64,000 nt of DNA from Fibrobacter sp. (GTDB taxonomy: Bacteria; Fibrobacterota; Fibrobacteria; Fibrobacterales; Fibrobacteraceae), in contig JAFVTX010000031.1 of assembly GCA_017503015.1 (NCBI GenBank), positions 14,022-78,021 of the forward strand. The letters run 5' to 3'. Made by a program: the position numbers and the translations under genes. The notes under the pieces were generated by a model that was not told the DNA's origin, ran no database searches, and saw nothing but the letters and a program-made list of their open reading frames with translations. Within the stretch, counting starts at the first letter, position 1; the number at the start of each line of letters is the position of its first letter. This document shows positions 17,856-28,000 of this stretch, piece by piece.

Positions 17856-19091
17856 TTACCAGCAAGATATCGAGTACCCATCACAAGCGGACATCACCGT
17901 GTATGTTCCGGGACTTGTATCCACCTGTAGGTTCCAACCGACACTCTGACTGACTCCATTAATTTCAACAGAACAATTTCCATTACCCTGAGGAGGCGCA
18001 ATCTGCATCTTTTGTGAACAAGAATGGGTAACCGTATATTCCACATTTGCCTTTAACGGATCTGAGTAAGGCAACGTAATCTTGTCTTCAGGATTATTAC
18101 CATCAATCACCTTTGGCGACGGGCAAGTAATGACGGTATCCGATTCCGCCGTGCTTACAGTAACCTTCGGCGAAAGCGGCTGCTTTTGGGTAAACGTATA
18201 CTCTGCAGTTGTCGCGGTTCCAAGGTTATTATCCCACTTATATCCTGTAATCGTTTCATTGTTCTCATCTATACAAGCAACACTCCAAGCCCCCTTTGCA
18301 GGGTATTCTATACCTGCTATATCAACAATCGGCGTTGTCGCTTCGCATGAGCACCCCTTGATGGGCAGACCGTTCACCTTGACAGAACCACAATCAATGG
18401 TCTTATCCCCAATTTTCAGCGTTGCAGAATACCTATCCGCCTTGGTGTAGGTGGCCGTCGCCGTATTGGTCTTGCAGGGAGCGCTAGCCGTCCCTTCGGT
18501 TGACCCTGTCATGGTCCATTCACAGGTAGCGGCATTCACCATGTTGTTGTAATCCATCACCTGTTGTACGCTAGAACCAGCAGGCAGGCTAGCCTTGGTG
18601 AACGTCCAGGTTACAGAGCCCCCCTTCTGGATAGAGGCCGGAACGGGAGCGCAGGAACCGTCGGGCTTGGTGCCGTCCGAAATGACTGCACTAGACGGTG
18701 GCGGATTGTTGCCACCGGAGGCCGAACTGCCGGTGGGGGTTGACGAAGTGGAAACCGGACCGGAGTTGGTGCTGACAGGTCCCGATGCGGAACTCTTCGG
18801 GGCCTCGCCGCCTTCACCACCTTCCCCGCCTTCGGCGCTGCTCTCAGGCGGAACGTATTCGGCACCTTCCATCTTGGCTGCGCAGGCCTCGTCGGCAGCG
18901 CAGTCAGCCATGGCCTGGTTCAACAGGGTCTTCATGTTGCCCTCGTCACCTTCGGCGAACGGGGGGCCGTAGTTCAACAGGGCCAGCTCGTCGTCGCCGC
19001 CCTTGGTAATCACATCACCGTCACCGCAGGCCCAGAAAGCCGCAGCGGCAACGCCCAAAACAGAAAATCCCACAAGAAATTTCTTGTTCAT
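17856..19091 (-). CDS. Cys-rich surface lipoprotein, paralog family member 2
   Basis: Lipobox AAFWAC. N-module GGDDELALLNYGPPFAEGDEGNM...CAADEACAAKMEGA, a Ser/Gly linker and Ig-like repeats. Ends ...CDGYSISCW. Confidence 0.7.
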   Translation of the reverse strand: MNKKFLVGFSVLGVAAAAFWACGDGDVITKGGDDELALLNYGPPFAEGDEGNMKTLLNQAMADCAADEACAAKMEGAEYVPPESSAEGGEGGEGGEAPKSSASGPVSTNSGPVSTSSTPTGSSASGGNNPPPSSAVISDGTKPDGSCAPVPASIQKGGSVTWTFTKASLPAGSSVQQVMDYNNMVNAATCEWTMTGSTEGTASAPCKTNTATATYTKADRYSATLKIGDKTIDCGSVKVNGLPIKGCSCEATTPIVDIAGIEYPAKGAWSVACIDENNETITGYKWDNNLGTATTAEYTFTQKQPLSPKVTVSTAESDTVITCPSPKVIDGNNPEDKITLPYSDPLKANVEYTVTHSCSQKMQIAPPQGNGNCSVEINGVSQSVGWNLQVDTSPGTYTVMSACDGYSISCW

Positions 19092-19293
19092 AATAAACCT
19101 CTTTGAGGTAAATATATGCTTTTTCAGGAGAAATTTCTAGTAAAAAGTTTCAAATAAAAGCTCACAGCGAGTGTTTTACGCTTTTACGTGAGCTATTTCC
19201 CGCTTTTTTGTAAAGCGGGATTTACCTTGTACCGTAACGATGGTTCAACCCATATTTCCAAAGAGGCAAAAAACAGGGAACATCTTTACCTTT

Positions 19294-20619
19294 TTACCAT
19301 AAAGCCATCACAAAATTGAAGTCTCCTACAGGATACATATACATAGTGCAGCTAGATCCATCTTGATACCCTGTTTGTAATCCTGAAAAGCCTCCAGTTT
19401 TCAAGGATTCCGTTTTTTTCTCGCCACTGCAGTCAGTGAAGTATATCTTCTGTTCGTTTCCACTCCAGTTTCCACCTTGAACAGTTGCATTGTAGCCCTT
19501 AGAGGCTTTTATGCTTATCGCATAACACTGGTTAGCCGTGACTGCAAATTCAATTTGGTTTCCATCAAAATTCTTCGCCGTGCTGTTGCCAGAATTGCAC
19601 TTGAAGGGAGTATTGTCTATAATGGTCGCTGCAGGGCAAGAAACGATAGCCGAATTGCCATCGGGATTTTTGACCGTCGCAGAAACAGTGTAGGAACCCA
19701 GTTCAGTGAAACTCGCCGTGGCGGTCGCCCCCGAACCAGTCGCACCGGTCCAGCTATAATCAAACCTTTCCGCCTCCCTGCCTAGACCGTCAACACTTGA
19801 GCACCCGGTAATTTCCCATTTAACCGTTACAGGACTGCCATCCTTCAAGTCGGCACTAGACGGCGTGTATACCGGAGCCCCGCAAGTACACCCCGTAACC
19901 TCCGGGCCCACCACGGTCAGCTTGTTGCAGGTGATGGCCTTAGACTCTCCATCGATGGTCAACTTTGGTGTGTAGACACCCGTTTCAGCGAACACGGTAG
20001 TGGGCGATTCCTCCTCGCTGGTAGTAATGTCGGCCCCAGTAAAGCTCCAGCTATAACTTTTGGCGGCCTCACCGTTGGTCCTAAACTGCCACTGGATAGG
20101 CGTCCCCTTGACTACAGTCGTTACACCCCCTGCTGGTTGGCAATATCTGAGCACCACACCTGCAATGGAGGAATTGCTGCTGGTGGCTACACTTGCAGAA
20201 GACGTTTCCGGCACATCGCCAGACCCGCCCTGGGAGTCTGAACTGACCGTAGATATAACGGGAGCTCCCGCAGAGTTGATAACGATGCCACGAGAAGAAC
20301 TGGAGCGTGATTCCGTCGCGGCGCTGCTTTCTTCGAGGACCGCTTCTGAGCTGCTGCTTTCTTCTTCGGGAATGTCCAATTCTCCATCGGCATTCTCCAT
20401 GGCGGCCTTGCAGACGTCGTCGGCTTCGCAGTCCTTGATGGCGTTGTTCCTAAGGGTCCACATGTTACCGGTATCGCCTTCCACAAACGGAGGGCCATAG
20501 TTCAGCAAGGCAAGTTCGTCTTCGCCGCCACGAGCATCTACGGTGCCATCTCCGCAAGCCCAAAAGGTTGCGGTAACCATAACTACAGAGGAAAAAAAGA
20601 TAAAAGGATTCTTACCCAT
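19294..20619 (-). CDS. Cys-rich surface lipoprotein, paralog family member 3
   Basis: Lipobox ATFWAC. N-module GGEDELALLNYGPPFVEGDTGNM...CEADDVCKAAMENA. C-terminal ~100 aa resembles the C-terminus of the 2381-aa pilus-associated giant protein. Confidence 0.7.
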   Translation of the reverse strand: MGKNPFIFFSSVVMVTATFWACGDGTVDARGGEDELALLNYGPPFVEGDTGNMWTLRNNAIKDCEADDVCKAAMENADGELDIPEEESSSSEAVLEESSAATESRSSSSRGIVINSAGAPVISTVSSDSQGGSGDVPETSSASVATSSNSSIAGVVLRYCQPAGGVTTVVKGTPIQWQFRTNGEAAKSYSWSFTGADITTSEEESPTTVFAETGVYTPKLTIDGESKAITCNKLTVVGPEVTGCTCGAPVYTPSSADLKDGSPVTVKWEITGCSSVDGLGREAERFDYSWTGATGSGATATASFTELGSYTVSATVKNPDGNSAIVSCPAATIIDNTPFKCNSGNSTAKNFDGNQIEFAVTANQCYAISIKASKGYNATVQGGNWSGNEQKIYFTDCSGEKKTESLKTGGFSGLQTGYQDGSSCTMYMYPVGDFNFVMALW

Positions 20620-20699
20620 AACCCATACTCCCTAAATTACCCAACCATAAATATATATTTTTTTTTACGAATAGAAGGCGCAGGCAAGGACCCGCTATC

Positions 20700-20817
20700 A
20701 AAAAAGCGCCTGTAAACAAAATTTTCAGGCATATTTCGCCCCAAAGAAACGTCTTATACATAGACGGGACCTTCCCCGTCTGCGATACGGGCGCGTTCCC
20801 GCATTTTTGGAATAAAA
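20700..20817 (+). promoter_or_regulatory. Conserved 5' flank shared by Rpn-like genes (copy 2)
   Basis: In gene orientation: ctgtaaacaaaattttcaggc ... aaagaaacgtcttatacat. Confidence 0.45.
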
Positions 20818-21756
20818 ATGACAAGAGAGGAATTCCTCGCCATGGTCAAGGACGTGCACGAGCATCCCGAACACCTGGCGAAATACCGCAAGAAGTACAA
20901 GAACGTTTACCCGTTCAGCGACGGCATCTTCAAGATGCTCATGGCGAACGAGGCCAAGCCGCAGCGCACCGTAAAGTTCCTGAACGCCATGCTCGGGCTT
21001 ACCGGACGCAAGGCCATCAAGACATACACCCTCGGGGTTCCGGAGAACCCTGGTGTACTGAATGACAAGACCGCCATCTTCGACATCTACGGCACTACGC
21101 AATCCGGTGAGCCGGTGCTTATCGAGGTGCAGCAGACATTCAACAAGCTGTTCGTCGACAGGCTCATCTACTACACCGGCCGCGTCGTCTCGCGCACCGT
21201 CAAGAAATCGCAAGATTACAAGTTGCCACACATCTACGTGCTCTCGCTTTTGACCGAGAACCAGTTCCCGAAGGAACCGGACACCTACCTGCACCATGCG
21301 CAAATCGTGCGGAATCGTCGCATTTTCTACAAAAAAATGGACATCTATCTGGTCGAAATCGAGAAGTTCTTCGCCATCGACAAGCGCACCTCACCGTGCA
21401 AGCGCGAAGCGACCGACAGGGCCGAAATGCTGCGCCTGTTCCGCGACGTGCTCGAGGAAAATGATATCCCCGAGGAAAAGCTGAAGAAACTGCTTGACAA
21501 GGACTTCATGAAAGATGTATCTTTAGTGGGGTACACCGACGAGACACTCCTGAACGAGGTTGACGGGATGACGAATATTATTTACGAAAAACAGGGATCA
21601 TATTTGCAGGGTGGCGAAGACAAGGCGAACGAAATCGCCCTCGCGATGCTTGCCGAAGGCGATTCCGTTGACAAAATTGTCCGTGTAACCAAGCTCCCGA
21701 AGCAGGAAGTGGTCAAACTGAAGCGGCAAGCCGCGAAAGAACTGGCCACAGCGTAG
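20818..21756 (+). CDS. PD-(D/E)XK nuclease family putative transposase (Rpn-like, PDDEXK_2 type)
   Basis: IFDIYGTTQSGEPVLIEVQQ nuclease motif. Family-typical length and C-terminal helical region. Confidence 0.7.
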   Translation: MTREEFLAMVKDVHEHPEHLAKYRKKYKNVYPFSDGIFKMLMANEAKPQRTVKFLNAMLGLTGRKAIKTYTLGVPENPGVLNDKTAIFDIYGTTQSGEPVLIEVQQTFNKLFVDRLIYYTGRVVSRTVKKSQDYKLPHIYVLSLLTENQFPKEPDTYLHHAQIVRNRRIFYKKMDIYLVEIEKFFAIDKRTSPCKREATDRAEMLRLFRDVLEENDIPEEKLKKLLDKDFMKDVSLVGYTDETLLNEVDGMTNIIYEKQGSYLQGGEDKANEIALAMLAEGDSVDKIVRVTKLPKQEVVKLKRQAAKELATA

Positions 21757-21762
21757 CTCCAT

Positions 21763-21934
21763 TGTCATCCCCGACTCGGTCGGGGATCTCCTAGCCCCCC
21801 TTCGTCATCCTCGCGGAGGCGAGGATCCGTGTACATCCCTCCAGCGGATGTTCGCCTACGCGAACATGACGAAAGCCTTCCTTGTCATCCTCGCGACCTG
21901 TGGTGAGCGAAGTCGAACCAAGGCGAGGATCCGC
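21763..21934. repeat. Cluster of four GTCAT...ATGAC-type hairpins between an Rpn-like gene and the left cassette
   Basis: tgtcatccccgactcggtcggggatc, cgtcatcctcgcggaggcgaggatccg, gcggatgttcgcctacgcgaacatgac, and the long-loop tgtcatcctcgcgacctgtggtgagcgaagtcgaaccaaggcgaggatccgc. Confidence 0.85.
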
Positions 21935-21950
21935 TTGAATCAATCAAATG

Positions 21951-21983
21951 GCAAAAGCCCCCGGACGGCGTGCGTCCTGGGGC
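21951..21983 (-). terminator. Terminator of the left pilus cassette
   Basis: Minus strand: gccccaggacgcacgccgtccgggggc followed by ttttgcc. Confidence 0.65.
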
Positions 21984-22063
21984 TTTGTTTGTTTAGGGGT
22001 AAAGGAAAGGCACCCCGACACGGATGTGGGGGAGCCTTGTGCGTAGGAAACTATTCTTTGAGG
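21951..22063. repeat. Outer inverted repeat, left copy (3' flank and terminator of the left cassette)
   Basis: The reverse complement aligns with 45228-45340: aaggctcccccacatc...acccctaaaca..caaag.cccaggac.cac.ccgtccgggg.cttttgcc. Roughly four-fifths identical by eye. Confidence 0.75.
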
Positions 22064-25000
22064 CTACCAGCAGCCAATAGAACACTTCATCACGCCATCA
22101 GTATCACAGGATGTTGTATATGTATTATTTAGATTCTGCCATGCAGCATAGTAATTCAAAGTGTTATTCTTATCTGCAGACTGTGTTCCTACGGTCTTAT
22201 AAAAAGCTCCTGAACAAGATATTACAACATTTCCTGAACAAGTCGCCTTTGCCTTTATATCCACACCACATGGGACATCAACATTCGATGATCCGTTCGT
22301 CAACGAGATTGGACCCAGGTAGCCTACAGTGCAATTTTCGGAGTCTGATCCTTTTGAATTGGTTAGTGTCAATGAATATGTGATATTACCAGCAGAAGTT
22401 GCTCCAGCATCAGTAAAAGAAATTTTTCCACTTCGCCATGTTCCACTAGCAATGGAAACACCCGACTTCTTGATGGAATAATTACATTCTTCCAATGCAA
22501 AACATGCCGGAGCAACAGGCGTTATTGAAGCACTCTTCCCAATACCAACCTGTACTGTAGGACACGAAGATATAGAGGGCGCAACTATAGGCGCACACGG
22601 ATTATACCCAGAAGAGCGAATAGAGACATACTTGTTCGCAATATTGAAATACCATCCACCATCCACTGCCGTATAATTTGCAAGGGCATTTGCACAATTT
22701 GTAGCATTATCATAACACAATTGTCCATTTGACGGAGTACTTCCATTAACTGTATATCCCTGATTTACATCAAGTCTTGTTGCAGATGCTACAAATACAC
22801 ATCCTGTAAACGGGTTTTGATCAATATTGCCTGTTACGATATTATTTTCGCACCCGCTTCCGCAGTAATCCGCACAATGGCATACACTAGTAGGTGACGC
22901 ATATGTCACATCGAAATTGCAGGACTTTGTCGTGGCGACATCGGGGTGCGAGACGGTCAGCGTGTAGGTAACCTTACCAGAACCATTGGCATCCGTGAAA
23001 GTATTTGTAGCGGAATAGCCGTCGTAACTGCTGACTTCGCCTCCATAAACGCTCGTTCCACCCTTGGTGATATTGTACGTGCAGTTCCCTCCGCAGCCAG
23101 TGTAGCTGGTATTGCTGCTGCCCGCTTTGGTCTTGACAGGCGTTATTGTGGTTCCGGCGGCGACAGGCGTGCTCGCTCCAGGATCCGTCCAAGAATCGCA
23201 ATCTAGGTTCAACGGGTAGTTTATGGTGTAGGAGCCCGAACAATCAACAGCACCTTCGGAATCTCGCGTTACCGATGCCGTATAGGTATGGGAACCCGCC
23301 TCGATTGCTCCGTTGCTAATAGAGAATCCGTATGTGTCAGAGTAGGTGCCGCTACCCACAGTTGAACCGTTCTCCTTGACGGTATAGGTACAGGTGCCTT
23401 CGGGGCAACTGACGCTTATCTTATTTGACGGAATTTCTGCCGAACCACCAAGATCCGCAGCAGAGGCATTTGTTGTTCCGCTCGTAATGCTACATGTCAC
23501 CGGATCCTTCACATGCTCAACAACTTTGAATGTCTGGTCGCAAGCATCTAGGCTCTTGATTTCGGTAGCCGAGCCCGCAGGGTTCCTTACCTCGTACTTG
23601 TACAGGTTATCGCTCACGGCCATCTGGGTCGGGCCCACAACATGGGGGTTCTTTGAACAGCCCGTGCTTGCGGCCTGGGCATTTGTACATTCGGAAATCT
23701 TCGTCCCGTTGAGGTAGACCTCGTAGGCGCATCCCTTGGTGGGGCAGCCGCTCAACTCGAAAGAATACTCAGGGTTCCCCTCACCGTACTCGATCTCGTT
23801 GGATGCGTTCATCTTATTGTGTTGCAGGGTCGCGTCGCCACAGGTAATGGAACCGATGGAACAGTCGTTGCCTGGGCAGGTACACGCCACCCACTCACTC
23901 GTGTAGTTGTTCAGTTCCGAATACACCTGGGCACTAAATGTGTAGGTCTTGCCGGCATTGGCGAATGCACCCGGGTCAGCGATTCCGTATTCAAGCCCAG
24001 CATAGTCGCGTTCTATGTCGGAGAGGTAACTTGCACCATTGACATCGGCCTTCAATCTGACTTTTGCCAGCTTATCTGCATTTTCGGGAACGCTGAGCGT
24101 CACCTTCCATTCCGTTTCACCGGCGCGAGTCACCGTACACCCGTCAAACCTGACGGAGTTCTTGCAGAGGGCCTCCGCCGATGTGATCGTCACGGGGTTG
24201 CTCCCGTTATTCCTAAAGGACATGGCGACAATGTTTTCCGGGTCAAACCCTGCGGCATTGTCTGCAAAGTCTTCGTAGGCCGAAGTGCTTGCCGCAACGC
24301 TGAAATGCTTGGTAATCGTCGAGCCAGAGCCGGTTATCCTTACATGGCGGCTTTCGTGGTCTTCGCCACCCCATGCGGCACTGTTACTGATGAGCCAAAC
24401 TTCAAGGTCGACATCGGCATAGTCGTTCGAAAGGGTGATAGCGAGATCCTTTATGCCTCGCAGGTCCTTTGCGGGGGTGAATGTCGGTGTATAGGTTTCG
24501 CCAGCTATAACGGACCTTTCGTTGGCAAGCAACGAAACATCGGCCTGGCACTCATTGAATTTTCCTGTCCAGAAGGGGCCGCAATGGGCCGGGTCTACCG
24601 TTGATTCCCAAGCCAGCACATCCGTCTTCGCGTACTTGCAGTTTGCAAGGGTGGCATAGGCGGTCTTTACATCTTGATCGTTGTTGTCCCTGTAGCCATG
24701 CGCACCGACTCCACTTTCGTCGAAATAGTAGCCGTTTTCACTATCTACAGTGGCATCGTTTGTGGCAGAGCCTGCCACATAGGAGTAGGACACAGAACAA
24801 TCCTTGCTGTCGAACCAGCCGGAATGGCCGACCCAGGGCCTCTGGTAGTCGTTGGACTGGCCAAGACCCGTACCGTAAGTGGGCACAACCCCGTCTACCG
24901 CCACGGCGGCAAAGGAGCACTTGACAGACGGAGGGCCGTCAAAGCATTCTGAACCGTAGTCGTCACTCTGCCAGCCGATACCGTATATTTTGAAATCGCG

Positions 25001-28000
25001 GTCGGCCAAGCTGAATCCCACATACTGATAGTTCATGATGGCGTGGTTGTTCCCTATAGAGGAGAGGATGAACACAGCCTTGTAATAATCAGATTCTTCG
25101 AAGACACTGCTGCTGTAGAAATTGTCAGTGATAGCCTTGATCTTGAGGGAGTCGCTTCCCTTGAGTGTGACAGAGAGCATGACCATACTGGAAGTAGTTA
25201 CGCTAGCCTTGGAATAGTTGTCTTTAGCGAGTTCAACTTCGGCACTGCAACTGCCGGCAGCATCAAGGCATACCCGTGCGGCAAGGTGGCCTGAAGTGTT
25301 CTCGTAAACATTCAATCTCCAGAAGCTGCTTCCATCGTCTTCGGCTCGGAACAGGAATCCCGAATTCTTGATTCTCGGAGAATCCTTTCCATAGCTAGAA
25401 GTTGCATGGGGCGGCTGGAACAGGGCCTTAAGTGTACCATGGATACCCGCATGTACGGTGCTCATGATTTTGACACCTTCCTTTGGGGCGTCCTTTGACG
25501 CCACAATGTACCCCTGGTAGGGGTCCCTCTCAACATAGGTCGTGTCGCTAATGTGTCCGCTGGCAAAGCTCCACTTGGCACTAGCTCCACTTCCGATGCA
25601 ATACGCGGTTTCCGTTTCTCCCGGCTTGCTACAGGCATGCCGGTCGTTGTGTTGAGCGGTTTTCCTGAATTCGTCAAAGAAGCAATGATTGTCATTCTCG
25701 CCGAAATGGGCGTAGATGATAGCGTTATTGTCCTTCACTGTGAATCCGTTTTTATCTTCGCTAGCACTGAACTTGGCACTGGAAATCGGATCGGTCGTGG
25801 GGCAGGTCATGCCTCCATTGTTATCGCAGGTCCAATAATTGAAATCCTTGTATAGATCCCTATCGATACTTATGAACACGGAATCTCCGTCAAAAACGGA
25901 AACAGGACAAACGACATCCTTGTTCACATAGTCGCAATCGGTTGTGTGACCTCCAGCAACGACCGTTACTTTGGGCGAGCCCACTATACTACCGGTAAAC
26001 TTAATACCAATCTTGCGGAGCTTCGCCTTAGCAGTAGCGCATAGGGAGATATTCTCGTTGACCTCAATTGGGGCCGATTTGGAAGCCTCGGGAATGATAA
26101 CCACGCACTCACCCGCATCATCGCCCTCCGTAAGGGAGAGTGTGCCTGTACCGCTGGTGACCACATTCCACAGGCTGTTCCTTGTTTCCGTAGAGTAACC
26201 CGGTGACCAGGAGGGTTTTACCCATTCCTTCGATGTGCTGTTGATGATTGGGCAATCGGGCCAAGCATTTATCATTGAATTTTCAGGACAAAGGTCGGCA
26301 TTCTCGCTCTTGTTACAGAAATCTTTGATGTCGTTTATATCGCTTACATTGCAACGCGTGAGACTTGCCGTGGAAGCCATGAGAAGCGTCGATGTCCATG
26401 GACTTGCCAACTGGTATGCATCTCCAGGTTGCAAGGTGAAGGTCACCGAGCCATTGGAGGCATCCCCAGCCGGCGTCAGAGTGAACAGCGTGGGAGTTTG
26501 GTGATTGACATCCACCCCAAAGTGGAATGTGTAAACATCATTCTCCGGCTCTACGTTGTCCTTCACTTGCAGAGTCCAGCCAGAAGGGACGGAAGATCTG
26601 TGCACCTTGACATTAATTTCGTTGGAGTGGGGTGGGAGATTTATCTTGACTTCGTGGGGGGCGCCTGCAGTGAGGTTGGCTGAAGGTTCCAAGAAGTTGA
26701 CTGGCGGGGCTGCACTCTGCGAGCCCTTGACCCAGACATAGAAGGGAACCGACTTGTAACCATCCGCAGAGGCGGTACAGGTATAAAGTCCCTCATCCAG
26801 TTTGGCATCCCCAGAAACCAGGTTGGAACTTATATTAAGCGAGGGGGAGCAACTATAACTAGCCGTTGCTTTGCTGACATTAGCTCCATTCAACGGAAGC
26901 ACATTAAAGTAGTCGATAAGTTTCCCGTAAGGATCCTTGGTCAGGTAAATGATACGGGGCAACACGATAAACGACTGGCTCAACGGGGAGATTCCATTGG
27001 CCGCATCAACAACCGGCACCATCTCGCTGGATTCGTATTGCGTTTCCAAAGTCACGCCTAACTGCGGAGCCATGGAAATGTAGTAGGGGTCCTTACCTGC
27101 GGACTTGAACACGGCCTGAGTATTTCCGCCTGCTGCTGCAGCGGCGGCGTTTACAGCGTCGGCACCACAGGGCTTACCCTTATCGCAGACAATACCGTTT
27201 TTACCCAAATCCTTCAACAATTCTCTGTCTGTAACAAACGCTGCATTTTCGAATCGATTGTTAGCACACTTTGCCGCCGGGAAATAGAGCGTTCCCGTAA
27301 GCTTGATTTTACTTCCCTCACTAAATCCCTGATCCGTGTCCATGAAGATGAACACATGCTTGATAGTTGCTGAAGTGGATAACTTATCCGCACCCTTCTT
27401 TAGGTAAAGCAAGACAAAAGAACCAGGATCAGAGGTGCCCATGATACCGTTGTCGGAGGCCGTTATCAAGGAGTTTTGTGCAGTAATTTGATCCTTGACG
27501 ATGATAACAAATTTTCCAACCAATGTTCCACTGATATTGTTCATCGCACCTGGTATTTTTACAACCAGATATTCCTTATTGTACAGCTTGTTGGCCCGAC
27601 TGGTAGAGTCTAGATAAAGCCTCGAATAACAAGCATTCAAGGAATCAACCAGCGTACTATTCCACCCCGTTGCAGTGGGGCAGGCATTCTTAGATTCTGC
27701 GAAAGATTCTAGCTCATCCAGGGGAATTTCTATGGGGTCATCCACAAAGTAATCTGCCCCGCATTTTTGTGTAGTTAGCTTATTTCCCCAAATTTTCCTA
27801 CATTTTTCTTCAACGGCATCCCCACAGGCAAAATCAGGCTTTGCAACCCAATCCGACTTGTTGTGCATGTTTCCGCCGATTTTGAACCAGGGGTTCACCC
27901 CGCAAGTCGGTCGGTTGGCGTCTCCGCTACTGCTCTTGCAGAAGGGGGATCCCGTAATTCTGGACTCTTCGTAATTGTAGAAATTATAGGTGGCGTTTGT

